Positions 48,331 through 63,709 of a stretch of DNA of 64,000 bases are shown piece by piece; the stretch's first letter is position 1, and every line of letters starts with the position of its first letter. The DNA is taken from contig NC_042997.1 in the NCBI RefSeq assembly GCF_006345805.1, positions 99,014,001 to 99,078,000 on the forward strand, given 5' to 3'. Under the pieces are notes generated by a model. It was not told the DNA's origin, made no database searches, and saw only the letters and a list, made by a program, of their open reading frames with translations. The translations under genes and the position numbers were made by a program. Origin of the DNA: Octopus sinensis. Lineage: Eukaryota.

Positions 48331-51300
48331 ATGTATTCTCTTATCAGTGTACTTGGACTGAAAGATACCATTTCTATTTGTAATATCAGTCATTTTTTTC
48401 TGAAATAAAAGGACGGAATTGGTCAAATGTTTATATGAACAGCTGCTTGATATTTTGTTTACAGTTATCATGAGCGTTTGTTACACTTTAGTTACACAAG
48501 CTTGAGATCAATAAATATTACACTTGCTACTTATAGAGCTATCCGTCAATGTCTTTGTTTTGTATCCGACTTCATAATTTTCTGCGAAGTCAGACAGTGT
48601 TCTCTCATGCTAAATGCCCCATCATGATCATTATTATTGTTGCTGTTGTTGTAATTGTTGTCGTAGTTGTTGCCATTATACTTTCATTTCCGAAAACTGT
48701 TAACGTATTCTTTTTAATTAATATTTCCACGTAAATGTTTAAATTCATCATTTTTTGGTATTTCTATTATTGTTGTTACTGTTGCTGTTTCTGTTTCTGC
48801 TAGTGATTACCAATGTCATGTTGTAATATTGAATATGATTTCCATACATTGGTCATAGAATTTTAATTACAAAATGTATAATAGCAATTTTCTTTTCTTG
48901 TCTTTACGTCTTTTTATATATTAAAAAAAAAAGTAATTCCATTTCAATTACTCAATGTAATTTAGTTTTATTAAAAGTTATAACTTGCCAGTCAATTCAG
49001 AGTTTTAAAAAACATCATATTACTGTTCGAAGTTCGACAATGTTTTCATTGAATCATTGTGTATTTCATTGAGAAAGTTACTTTTTTTTGACGTGTCATA
49101 AGAAGACAAAACAAATATACATATATATATCTTTTAAAAAATTATATTAACTAGGATTGTTAATATATTCCTAAATAACGACTTCGTTTTTCAAAAGGTC
49201 ACAATAAACCGCCCTTTCAGTCAATTTATTCATGATATTTATGTTGATGTTGTTCTTTTTAATTTCTTTTCTAAATTATGAAGAAATTCTGTTTCCAATA
49301 CAATAAGAAGATTTTTGTGGATAGCATGTTGATAGAGAGAAAAATATTATATAGTGTTGTAGAAAATTACGTGTTCGTTATTCGAAATTAAAATCCATCA
49401 GATTTTATTCATATTTTTCTTTCGTATTCACTTCCGATTATTATTACTTTATTTTTTTATCTTGCATTTTTTTTTTTGTCACCGTCTCTCTTGTTTTGCG
49501 ATTGATTCTCCCTCCACCTTAAAATTTCAAGGGTGCGCGTGTAAAAAACTCCATTAGATTTATGAGAAAAAATTTTTTTTCCTCTTACAACCGACTACAG
49601 TTAACATATGTTTTCCAAGCTCAATATTTTGACTTAACTGAATTTTAATAATGTCTACAGCAGTTTTCTCATTAAATTTCCGATACAAGACTTTGAGTGA
49701 ACATGGCAGATGCTGTCTAAAATAAACAAACATAGAAGTGTAATATGTCCGATTTCTATTTTGCTCTTGCAAGTACTTCTAATTGACTATATTTGTATCC
49801 AGATGTTTGCAATAGCAAGTGGAGTGTCTAGTTTCGATATCTAGTCGATGTGCTTTATGCTTTATGCTTTAGGCACAGTCGTGGCCGTGTAGTAAAGAAG
49901 TTCTTTCCTCTTCATTTACCAATCACTGTTCTGTTCTTTCCGTAAATGACAGCCGACCAGGGCATTCTTCATTTAGATATGAATCTAAGCATTTGATTTT
50001 CAATAGACCTTTTGCATACACATACATACACATACATAGACATGCATACACAAGGGTTCACACTTTTCGATGAGTGCTGAATATGATGATGAACATCTTC
50101 AATTGTGAATACGTTGATGAATGAACACATCTCAGTCTTTGGTGCATAGCTTACGTCATAAACGGGTCTTATAAATGTCTGGTTACAGAAACCAACTTGT
50201 AACACTACGTGCTGCCATTTTTATCGCGTTTCCTAACAGATTTGTACGCATTTCTCCATATGTCAAACTCATTTTCAGACCAAACTCTATGTAATTTCTC
50301 AATCATATCTATAAATAAATATTGTTTTATAGTCTGATGGGTCTATGATAACGGGACTTTGAGTGTATTTAAATGAGTATCAGTCGCATATTTCATATAA
50401 ACATGAAATACACATCACTACCGACAAAAAAGTTCGATAAAAGCTAGATATATATCTATAAATATTTGTGTGTATGCCTTTGTGTATGTGTGGATGGCGC
50501 ATGACTTGATAATGTTAAAAGAGAAATAGATATCTGAAAATATTTTGTCTGTTAGTTACATAAACGAATGGATATGATAAGACATTTACGAAAAAGACCG
50601 TTTCTAATAGCCTGCTGGTTGATAGGAGATAATGTAATCAACTGGTTCACCCACAACATATAACTGGTGCTTATATGAAATTTGAAGGTTGTAAGATAAT
50701 ATTAACACTATTTGTATTCGAACGTAACTATAAGAAACTAAGCACTATAATATATGGCACCCACTGTTTCACCATTTTTATTATTTTTTGCTATATATTT
50801 CCAGCAAAATAATGTAGCAAATAACTGGATTCTTTCACAAGATAACTATTGCGTCTTCTGTTTACTTTGTTCGAATATTTTTTTCTACAAAACAATATGG
50901 CAATTTAAACACACACGTAAACCTCTTTAAATTGAACATTCAGATTATTCAGTTCACTCCATCTTTGCTCTGATTTATTACATTCCGAGTTTAATTACAA
51001 TTATAGCTTTCATGACTAAACAAAATATTTGCAAACTATTAAGCGATTACAGCAGAAGTATCTTTTTGTTTTCAGCTTTTCGATTTTAATGAAAACTCAC
51101 TTCTGAAGAGACAGATTTATATTATCCTCTATCGCTATCAATCTGCTGCGAAAGTTAGTTTAATTGCTTCAGCTGAGTTAGATTTCAGGGTTTGATTGAA
51201 TAATTAAAAAAATGATAACTATTCGTTTCGAATTTTTATATCGGTTCATAAGAGATTAAAAGTGATAGAGATTTTAAATCCTTCAATTAACTGAAGCTTC

Positions 51301-51678
51301 TAATATTTAGACTTGAAAACATTCTTAACTCAGCGTGGCATTTATGTTTGTATGCAGAAAATCTATTTCCTTTATGCTTATTTTTTTACCCAAGTTTACC
51401 AAGCAAATACGTTTTATTATATTTCTAACATTTTATCAACATTTTTTCTCTCTGTGTAATTTTATAGGAGCGATTGATTTGAGATCATTTGAATATTGAT
51501 TTATTTTTTCATTGCTTCTAGGCATCACATTTTTTTTTATATCTGAGCTGAAATGAAATGGTTCAAAATTCATACCTTTCTGAAGAGTGAGGATGACGTC
51601 AATGAATCGAAATAGGTTCAACCGAAAATCAAAACTTGATTGTAGAAGAATATTCAATGTACACACACACGCGCACAC

Positions 51679-51750
<72 letters not shown>

Positions 51751-51752
51751 AA

Positions 51753-51856
<104 letters not shown>

Positions 51857-51857
51857 A

Positions 51858-51907
<50 letters not shown>

Positions 51908-52822
51908 AGAGAGAGAGAGAGAAGAATCAGAGCAATATCGTACGAGTTAATATATTAGAGAATGTTATTAGAAAAGGTTCAGTGTCCTCATAATAGTTTT
52001 CTTTTTCACTTAGTTTTCATGCGCTAAACTTCATAAGTGTTAGTCTTTAAAAATCTATTTCAAAATCTGTTTTTTTCTTTTAAAGATTCATTTTTATCAT
52101 AAGCTTCCAAAAAATATACATAAAGTGACAAATTTATTAATGTATACGATTAAGTAAAATAACATCTAAAAATATACAGAAAACAGCAAACTCACAAGAA
52201 TATTGATCTGCCTCACATAATAGTAGGATCAAACCTAATTCTAGTCAACCGTAATAATAGTGGTGAATAGGTCATGACTTCAAAAGACAAGCAATTAACA
52301 CAATCTTCTACGAGCAAGTTACTTTAGCTTTCTTGTTACTTGTTACAGAATTCAACTGAGAGAATGCTTCGTTGAACCTTTCCTACTGCATCTCTTTTGT
52401 CTGACATTTAATAATAACTTAAAGTGCTTCAATCGAAGAATTTTCGTTTGTTCAAATGAAGATTTTGTTCAAGATATTCTTGTAGCTGAGCAATTCGCTA
52501 ACGAATAACTACGTTTACTTTCTTTTTGTTAATGCATCACACCATCGTTCTCTTTCTGTTCCCCTCTCTATTTCTCTAGCTTTCTCTCTCTCCTTTTGTC
52601 TCTCTCTCTACTCCCGTCTCTATCTATCTGTCTACGTATTAGTCTATTTCTTTTCACTTTTTCCCACATCATCATAATTTATATCCACTCACATAAGCAC
52701 ACCTATATATAATGAATATCTAAACGTGCACAAATACGCATACATAACTGCAAATATGTGTGTGTACATATATATTTACATAACATATATTATACATATC
52801 TGTATGTATGTATGTATGTATG

Positions 52823-52883
<61 letters not shown>

Positions 52884-53098
52884 ATATATATATAATATAT
52901 ATATATATAAATTTTATAATTAATAAATTTATCAATTATAAAATTTTAATAAAATTTTATTGATTAGCCATATAACGGCTTTATTGCTTGCTGGCCACTA
53001 ATATTATTGGTGTTATTATTATTAACTATTTATATATTTGCTGCAAATGATGAAATTAATAATGATATGGAGGTGAATATTAATTCGAATATTTACTC

Positions 53099-53702
<604 letters not shown>

Positions 53703-54199
53703 AAGAGAGAGAGAGTAAGAAAATGGGAGGACGAGAATTTCTATTATCCCCACGTCGTGTGTTGTAAAAATTATATACATAAAATAAAATAAGGAAAATG
53801 CATACAGTTTACATAGTTTTACAATGTTTTTTAAAGTATAAGTGAAAGACTATTGTATTTGTCAACCGATTTCGCTAATCATGACATGGAAAATATTGTA
53901 ATTTCGTATTTTCCCCAAAATACTTTAGCCCAAGTTGCGTTTAGGAGTTTGTGAATGAAATAAATAAGCAAGTAGAAAAATCTAAGAGGAGGCAATTGGT
54001 AATCGTTATTATTTGGGACAGGGTAAATAAATATACAAAAACTCAAACGATAAAGTAGTGATATGAAGTATTTACAGTGATGGGTATATGAACATGAATT
54101 AAAATATATACTGAGACCAAAGTTGGTTCTGTGTTCATATTTAGACGTGTTCTGTATTTCTCCATAAATAAATTTTCTTTATTTAAACGTTCTTGTACA

Positions 54200-54600
54200 G
54201 AAATTGTTTCATTGCAGTGATAGATTGGGAAAGCTCTGAAGTTTTTTTAAATATTACCTGCACATTCCTCTATATAGTCACTCAAAGGAATCTGCCTGTA
54301 TTGTGGGTAACGGATTTGTTCTTTATATAGTGTGGTGCTCCGTCTAAGTAACATACTACTCTGTTCTATATAGTTATGTCCACAATTTGAACAGGTTATA
54401 ACATAAATTAGATTCTCAAAAGCACAAGTAAAGTTGGTTTTAATTGTGAACCTCTCTTCTTGTTTGAATGGGAATCCCGAGCTTCCAACAGGTTGGAGCA
54501 TGTTCCACAGTTTGGGCGTCTAAAATTTTTAACCAGTGGGAAAACAATGTTAATTTCTTCCTCAGTTACGAACCTCAGTTTAAAAGTGACTAATATTTAC
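54200..54600 (-). mobile_element. Penelope/Poseidon-type GIY-YIG fragment, decayed
   Basis: FTIKTNFTCAFENLIYVITCSNCGHNYIEQS..LRRSTTLYKEQIR (LIY..C..C..YI(G)). Confidence 0.75.
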
Positions 54601-55515
54601 AACTTCTATGAATACCTACCCTCTCCTTTCTCTCTGAGTGTTTGAAAGCGTGAACATCTTTTTTATTCTAAGAATAAAACAGGTTTCTCTGTTTGGACAT
54701 GCAAAATCTTTAGCAAATTTTGAAACTTTAATATCTGCAACTTTCTGCGAGAATTTTACTTTACTTTTCTTTTCTTTCCTTTCTTCCTGTGTGTTCGAAG
54801 ATGCTTACATTCTTTTTATTGCAAAAACACTACAGGCGTCTCTGATCGGACGTACAAGCGAGCATCTCTGGAAGATTTAGGGACTTTAATATCTGCAATT
54901 TTGTGTGAAAGTTTTGTCTTTCTTTTCTCCTTGACTGCTCGAATACGCAAACATCCCTTTTGTTGCCATAACGCAATTGAATGCACATTGAAAAAAGTTA
55001 AGGAGGTAGGTACCTGTCAAAATGTACAAGCTGCACAATTGCAGGAACTGCGAATCGCAGCAAAACTTGTAAAAAGAAAGGAAAAGAAAATTCAGAAATT
55101 CAAAAATTCAACGATGTGAACATCAGTATATATATATATAATTATTTTCTATCAGTAATTAAAAATAGAACAAGGTGAATTGGTTCTTTTCAAGGCCGAG
55201 GTCAGCATACTAATTAATCGGTAGTTGTAGTCAACACATTTGACCTCTGCTGACCCCAAATGAGTGAGGCCTCTTTAGTCTACTTATCGCACAGGAATAT
55301 CCATTGTTTGCATCCTCACCATCAGCCGAATCTATTTACAGACCTGTAGGATTTGATCTATTCATTAAGCTGCTTCGCTTCCTCCTACTATTCCCTTCAA
55401 ACCCCACATATTTATGATTATCTCAAGTACAAAACAAGAGTTGAAACTAAACAGCATTTCATATCTTTTAATAATAAATGATATAATAACGATTATAATA
55501 ATAATAATAATAATA

Positions 55516-55566
<51 letters not shown>

Positions 55567-55859
55567 CAATAATAATAATAATAATAATGATAATAATAAT
55601 AACGATAATGATTAAACCAAAACTCATGTTGGATCAGAGGAGATAACAATGACAAATAGTAAAAACATGAAAATAATAATACCAGTTATAATAATAATAA
55701 TGAAAGGAAGCGGTTGGAATCTCTCCATGTCCTAATTGATGATACATCTAGTGATGGTGTCAAAATAAAAACACTGGTAATTGCGCAACCTGATAATCAT
55801 TACCTCATATGAGTGTCAATGAAAAAACAAAACATTGTTAATAACGGTGGTTATGAAAC

Positions 55860-56985
55860 TGAAGCCCTTGATTGTGACAGTTTGGCACCTGGCTGGCTCA
55901 GAGATACTGGTCCAACTCCGGCATGTCGTTATCCAGCAAGAGACCAGCACACAGCGTAGATGGAACAAACAAGCCAATGCTGTGGTCATGGAGTGTTACT
56001 ATATGAGCAACCCAGTAGATGAAAATGGCGTACACATTAGGGGATCCTGATGACGGATGTATGATCAACAGAGAGAAAGTGGATTGTTTCAAATCACGGA
56101 ACAGAGATTATGTGATCAAGATAGAGCAATAAGAAAAAATCGCTGGTTCATAGAAGTAGAGCTCAAATGTATCAACTGACGGGTATTGGAAAACAGCAGC
56201 AACAGAGTGAACGAGTGAAAATACAATTCTTACTGGTAAAAGTATTCTCATAGAAGAAAAAAGCGTGAGATCTCTAAAAAAAACCATAGGAAAGGAACAG
56301 TGATAGCTTGCTCGATGAGATACATATAGATGGTCTGGAATAAGACAATAAAACCAATGGTAACATGGCAGATGGGCAAATGGCAACCTACGGCAGTAAT
56401 AAAGGCAATGCTACAGGAGACGATGGCGATATTATTTGCAAGCTTAAAAAGATTGATCGGGGGAAATTGAACCAAGAAACGAAAAATGTCAATGAAATTC
56501 TGAAATAAAACTGAACAAAGCATCTCAGAAACAAAAAATTGGTCAAGGCAGCAAGTATCGTTGTAGCAGAAACTTTGGGTGTAATGAAAAGAAAAAGAAA
56601 TATAATGGGAGTGACAAAAGAAGAGATCTATGGTGAAAAGAAGAATACAGGCGGCTAAATATGCTCACGAAGGAAATTTCTCTGTTCGGCCGAGACAGAA
56701 GGGAGACCCTAAAGGCGAACAAAAATACAGGGCACTGGACAAGAAGTATGCTATTGAAAGAAAGGGCTTGAAAGTGGTAATGAAGGAACTGAAACAGCGC
56801 CTCGTTGCAAAGAAAGCAAAGATGGGAAGATACGGTCATAATGAAGGGATAACAGCTGAATAGGTTATTAAGAATATATCAGAAGAGATTCTACAAAGAA
56901 ATAAATGGAGAATGTACAGATGAAAAGCTGATACCAGATAACATTGAAAGTCAAAGGTTATGGAGTGACATCTGGAGCAAAGACG
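55860..56985 (+). mobile_element. R4/Dong-like LINE N-terminal region, decayed
   Basis: RRWNKQANAVVMECYYMSNPVDENG..., [30 protein letters not shown]. Confidence 0.75.
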
Positions 56986-56989
56986 TTTC

Positions 56990-57420
56990 TGGTTTTAAAT
57001 CACTTGTAGTCATCCATAACCATCTTTTGTCTATGTCTGTCTTATCTTCAACATATCTATGAAATTTCCATGCATTCTTTTCTTTTTCACTTATTTTCAG
57101 TTTCATTAATTCTGAAGTGCTTGTACAGTGCTTTATCTTTGCAATCTTGCACAGAACAAAGATTAGTGGGGACGGGCAGTGCTCTTGGAAGATGCCTCTC
57201 CTGATTTCTATTGTCCCTAGTCTTCTTCCATATGCTATCAGTTCCGTCCTCCATTTGGCCATACCTTTACTAAGCAATTGCTCAACGTTTGATGCAATAC
57301 GAAATAAGTTCAATCCAAGAATGTGGAATCATATCGTGCGCCTTACGGTAAACATGTTAGATATTATAATCCTACATACCCTTATTAATGCAGGAATATC
57401 GTGGATGGAATATCAATGAT
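56990..57420 (-). mobile_element. Inverted, internally deleted R4-like RT/C-terminal piece
   Basis: YRKAHDMIPH, EIRRGIFQEHCPSPLIFVL fused directly to KRWLWMTTSDLKPET. Confidence 0.75.
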
Positions 57421-59091
57421 CATAAGTCAGGTTGAACACAGCTGATCTTGAGGTAAACAAAAGTAATTAAGATTTTGGTGGAGGTGATATAACAATGTAA
57501 GCCAGTTGTGCATTTAATAAGAATTATATTTGAAGATAACTAAAATTATTCCAACATTGACACGAAACCTTGACGATAGATTTTGTTTGCAAACATTTCG
57601 TTGTGAATATTCTGCGACATTTACCACAATTTTCATAAATATTTTATCGCATGAATTGATATTAAAAAATGGCGTAAATGAACGAATGAGTAGAGCTGAG
57701 CTGAAATCTGGCAAAGAAGCTATTGTCATTTATTTATTATATTCATTCATTTATTTATTAGTTATTTATTCGCTTATTTATTCACTCTTTTCTGGATGAT
57801 TTAAGCAATCTGCAAATCATATTATCAACGATTTGGAGAACGTCCATTTATTTGATTGACTACGTAGTCTACTTGAAGATTATAGTGACGAAAGAAATGT
57901 TACTGAAGACAAAGTGAATGTTGATAATGATGCTTGACAATGACAATAATGAAAACTAGGATTGCGATGGTGATGCTGATGTATTTGCTGCTGCTCCTGC
58001 TGCTGCTTTTACTGCTGCTGTTTTTGCAGTTACTGAAGCTTCTACTATTATTGTTCCTGTTATTGTTGTTGATGATGATGATGATGATGATGATAGTGCT
58101 GGCGGTAGTGGTGGTGGTGGTGGTGATAGTGAGCGCCATGATGAAGGTAACAGAGAAGATGATGATGACTTTTCTGACATAGCTTTTATTGTAAAATGCG
58201 TAGAAAAAATTATGCTCCTTTTTACATTATTACTTTATACTATGTGCTGCTTAATCTCACATTAATATTCCAAACGCCACCAGAAAGGACTCTGAGTTTC
58301 TATTTGTACTTTAGTTCCATTATATATCCGTTTTCTTCTTTTTATATTTTTCAAAATGTGAAAGGAATATTTATGTAGAATTTAATTACGAAGATTAAGA
58401 ATGTCTGTGAAAATTATCAAAGTAGTTTTTACAAGTTGCCATAAGTTTACAAGCATAATGTCGGCCTATTTGGTTATATAATGGTAATTTTGTACATGAC
58501 CAAAGCTAAATTTGTTCAGTTTCTTTGCCTTGATATGATACGTAGATATTTTAACAGAATAAACTATTTTTTATCAATATCAATTGAAAGTTCTAAAGAA
58601 GGGTGGTGAATTTCGGAAAGAAAATTGTGTTAAGATTTAGGATAGATATTAAAGTTAGAAAAGAATCTGATATGTTACTTTTTATGCAATGTGTGATATC
58701 ACGATGCGTAACATCGGAAAACTATATTTACTACTCCATACAATATGGACGCCAACATACTATGATAAGGGGTATTGTAATCTGGGTTACTCCGAAAACG
58801 TTTCTCATTCTCATAAAAGTGATATTATGAAGTATGATGGAGAATGAATCCTTACGTTAAACTATTTTATTTTAATTTGTTGTACTTTTACTTGTTTCAG
58901 TCATTGGACTGCGACTATGCCTTCTGCAGTTTGTCGTACAAATTACACTTAATATTTAAATCAGGTACTTGCTGTGTAGCTTACTCTTTTGCGAGATTGC
59001 CATATTACAAGAGCGTCAACAAACCAAAATCGGTTGTCAAGAAGTGGAGTAACGAATACAAACACAGAGACAAATACATACACTGGCAAAT

Positions 59092-59157
<66 letters not shown>

Positions 59158-60402
59158 GTATTTATATGTAAATGTGCGCATCTACACGACGAATTTCTAT
59201 GAAATCGAATGCGTATTTAAAAATACTATGACCACGGGTTCTCGAAACATGAATGATGTATCTCAGTTTAATCAGGGAACCAACCATATGAACATATATT
59301 TTCTACATAAAGGAAAGCTTGCTAATACTTCTTCCGATCAATACTTGGTCAAATATTTATGTTGTAGTTAAGTATTCGTGATTGTTGATCTTGTTATTTT
59401 TTCGAAAACGATAAAATATATTTTGTGAATCAATTTTTTTTTATTTCTCCCTAATGAGTTACTATTAATAGAACATTAATGTAGTCTTACGAAACCACTA
59501 ATAAATATCTTTTCGCAAAATCTTCTGACGTCTTAAGATTTTGAATAATATTCAAGGTTTGCCTTTGCTCCAACATTGTTGAATTTGTACTCCAGAAAAC
59601 TGTAGGAGTTTATTAAGAAAAACATGACATTGACAAAAGAGAAAACTGAGGATATCTGGTCGATAAGGTATTATATTGTAACAATACATACATAAATATG
59701 TACGTACAAACACATCTATATGTGTTTGTATATAAATGTGTGTGTACATACATATTGTGTGTGTATATATATATATATAATTGTGTATCTATATGTGTGT
59801 GTATCTGTGTGTGCAAAAGTATATGTATACAAATACATACTCACAGAGAAGTACTGACACTCACACACATACACACGCACAAATGTATATATATTTATAC
59901 ATGTATTTACCAATCTCTAGATCAATACCACTTCAATATGACTATATTTAGTAACTTGTTACACTATTTTTATCTCCGATACTATTTATCTATCTATTTG
60001 TCATCCTTGTGTTCTGCAATTTTCTTTTACATCGTTTTTTCTCTTTACTTTTATTATTATAGAGCTCTATCAATCAGATTGATTTCCCAAGTGGCATAAC
60101 TTAAATCACGGTAGCACACCCCATACCCATGCATACACATGAACAGAAATACACATAGGTATACATACAAGCAGAAGTGACTACATGCAAACATCAAACA
60201 CGCTTATGCTTGAGCGGGCTGAAACACACAAACATACACTCACATACAAAGACACAGATATACATACGCACATACATACACGCACATATTTGCATAGAAT
60301 TCTTTCATATCTGGTGACATTTCTCCATTTGAATCTTAATAACTTTCCCTCTTATATGTTTGGCTTTTTTTATCAATAATATCCATTTGTAAATAATCTC
60401 AC

Positions 60403-60508
60403 CATCCCCAAAGTTCGTCCCTATATGCCACACTGTTTGATATCTGTAGTGTTCCCACTTTGATAATTCCTCTAAGACGTCCGTAATATCCGTTTTTTCC
60501 TTCAGCAT
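60403..60508 (-). CDS. Candidate first coding exon (MLKEKTDITDVLEELSKWEHYRYQTVWHIGTNFGD, phase 1)
   Basis: CAAAAT-ATG context, open frame, donor G|GTGAGA, in unique sequence; protein not recognised. Confidence 0.3.
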
Positions 60509-61458
60509 ATTTTGTTATTAAGTAAAAGTAAAGTTTTAGCTAGATAAAGCCAAGCTGTAATATTATCAACGTAACATATATACCATGAACGTGGTAGGAA
60601 CAGTAAGTATAGAAATATAGAGATAGCGTAGAAGCGGAAAGAACGGAATGACGGAAAGAGAATAGCTTGGGTTTGGTTAACCAGTAAAATTAACTTAAAC
60701 AAAGAGAACATGCCAATGAGAGACACCTAAAGAAGATGACTGAACGATAAACCTGTAGTGACGTGAATAAGAGGTAAATAATAAAGGGAAAAAATATAGG
60801 CGAAAGGCAAAACGGAAAATATAGAAAGTGATGGAAGCTACTTGTAAGAAGTAATATACAGAGATAAGAAGTATTAAAGTGCTGAATGTACACGGCGACA
60901 GGATATTAGTTATTGAATGACTGAGAGAGAAAGAGGGGGAATGCAGTGTTTAAAGAATGTGGAAATGTTTACAGGAAATCTAAGATGTTATACCACAAAA
61001 ATGTTCGAAACCAAGGGCTGCTATACATTTTAATATCTATCATAATGTATAATCGATATGAATTCAGATAGCTTACAATTCTGTGATTAAATTAGTCTAT
61101 CGCAAAAATAGCCTATATCTCCTGTTGATCCAACAATTATTTACAGCCAAACATATCAATCACCTTAAAATGTTCGAAGGAAAAAAAAACGTTTTTAATG
61201 TAATTACTTTTTAGTCATAACTGTTGGAAAGTATTCCATTGTTCAGGTAAAGATATCAATGCTGCGGTTTCTATAGCCCACCTCTTGACTTACTATGCTA
61301 TAAAACATATCTGTTGGCTTTCCTTGACTAAATAAAAACGTATTAGTATATTATATTCGCAGTTTAACAGTTTTGATACCCACCCACACAAGACCGGCCT
61401 TAGACCTTTGATACCAACTTAATCCTCTTAATTATTCCTCATATACAAACATATCTAT

Positions 61459-61550
61459 GAAATGTGGTAACTGAAATGTGGTAACAAAATGTGGTAACTG
61501 AAATGTGGTAACAAAATGTGGTAACTCAAATGTGGTAACAAAAGGGTTAA
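61459..61550. repeat. Tandem 13/14-bp AAATGTGGTAAC(T/A) x6 ending in AAAGGG-TTAA (TTAA-type MITE terminus)
   Basis: Direct reading; alternating units form a 27-bp dimer repeated 3 times. Confidence 0.85.
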
Positions 61551-63414
61551 AAGAAAAGGAGTCACATTTTTCATTATGCTTGTAGAGATTCAAACATATA
61601 CTGTGGGATGAAGTTGAACTAACTTTATAAAATATGTATTAAGTTTACAGTGACTCTATGGTTACAATGTTAGTCGTGAAGTGCTTCCTAAGCACGGTTG
61701 TTTGATTAGAGACCTTTTGACCGAAATATTGAGAAGTTGGCTTTGCAATTATGAGGTCCTGGTTTCGATGACCTTATATGGCATCTTGGACAAGTGCTTT
61801 ATACCATAACCTTTGGCTGACACAAGCTTTAATGGTGAAACTTAACAGATGGAAATTGTGTTGACGTTCGTTGGATTCATTGACTTGTGACTCAAACGTT
61901 CAACATTTTCGCTCGCTGTACCGCGCTGATTTTACGTGAAAACTACATTAGGGGTTCACGTTGAATACTGCTGAATGTTCAATAACTTTTATACGCTATT
62001 TCAATGCGCAGGCAATTCAGTCAATTGAAAGTTTCAGTATTTTTCATTTGCATACGACCAAAAGCCACAGATACATATACGTTAGGGACATTGAATTCAT
62101 GTTCATGCATTCTTCACGAAATTTAGCGAGTGTAGATGACAATAACTAGAAATTAAATAATATATATAGTAATGTTATTGAATCACTAGAATATTTTTAG
62201 TCTCTTTTGGAGAGACACTAAGCTAAATGTAGTTATGCTAAATTTCAGTTAGGCAGTTACAAACAAATAACTATAAAAATATATAAATATACACTAGGCT
62301 ATGGCTACATAAAAAATACATAAATATACATTTAAGATTGAAATGAAGAAACAAACAAACAAACAAATAGAGAATGGAAAATATTTTAAATAATAAAACC
62401 ATAAATACACAAAAGAATAACTAGTAAAGAAAATTGGGAACGAAAGAAAGCAAATAGCTTTATTAATTTTCTAAGCCTCAGGGGAGCGGTTATCTTCCAC
62501 CATCGTATGATTATATCTAACACAATATCACATTATATTTTATTACATTATACTCAGTGCAGTGTGCAGTTAGGCTGAACACAGCTAATCCTGGTGTGAA
62601 ATTGTGGTTTTATGGACGAAGAAGAAATAAAAATAAAGCCAAGTGACGGGCAGAAGCGTGCTTTGTTGTTGGCCTAAACTACTCGTATATTTTGCGAGGT
62701 GTTCTCGATGGATGTAACGAGAAATTCGATGAAAGTATATTATATAATCTAACCGAACCATTAAAATATTTTTCCTACGTTGTGTAAGTACACGAAATGT
62801 TTCTTGTGAGAACTGTGAGAGTTAAGACTAGTGAAAGATATCAATATCTTTTTAATCTCAATTCGATGACTGAATGTTAATATCCCGCAGCAAAAGCTGC
62901 CCGCATGTATTATTATCGTTGCAATGATCATTACATTTTTCGATACTCTCTGCACTGTACATCATCATCATCATCATCATCATCACCATCATCATAATCA
63001 TCGTTAATAATGTCATTATCATCAACATTTTTTACTAATGCTCGCGTGAACATTCGCGCAAAGGCTGATAGTCTGCAATATCTGGATGACGGAGTTCATG
63101 CCATTTGTACGAAATTTCGATACGCCATTCCACAAGCACTAACTCAGGTTAGGTGTTTGTCATATATACAGTTGTTTGGAGGTCATTGCATACTGTCACC
63201 AGATGTAGGAAAATTTGGCCGGTAGAATTCAAAATCTCGCATTCTTCAGTTGTTCACAATTTCTTCGCAATTTGTTTAAAATAACTTTATGCGTTTGCTC
63301 GCCATTTCAAATATAATTTCTCGTTATCATTTTACCCAATGTAAGTCATAGACTGCGTTTTACCTGTTCTTCGTTCTTTTACAGTCCCCAACAACTTCGC
63401 TTCTGATGGCCAAA

Positions 63415-63620
63415 GACGGTAAGCTGGTAGAATCATTAGAACGCCGGACAAAATGCTTAACGGAAATTGATCCGTGTATATGTTGAGTTCAAATTCCGAT
63501 GAGGTTTATTTTACCTTTTGGGGTCGATAAAATAAGTGCCAGATGAGCGCTAGTATCGATGTATTCAACAGCCACCTCCTTTCCTTAACAATTGCAGGCC
63601 CTCGACCAAAAATTGCAATT
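63415..63620 (+). mobile_element. tRNA-derived SINE, diverged
   Basis: Homologous to 18973-19184. Confidence 0.7.
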
Positions 63621-63709
63621 GGTTGTTTCTGTAGATTAGATTTTACTTTGTACCTTCTGTGTACAACTATGTTCGTCGAATTTACTGAGCTCGTTTTATT
63701 TTACATTCA

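Noticed and set aside
51103-51165. CTGAAGA-GACAGATT...AATCTG..C-GAAA
   Set aside because: Stem II is plausible but there is no stem I partner or proper stem III; consistent with chance.
61459-61540. CRISPR-like regular repeats
   Set aside because: No spacers, units are contiguous, and the context is eukaryotic.
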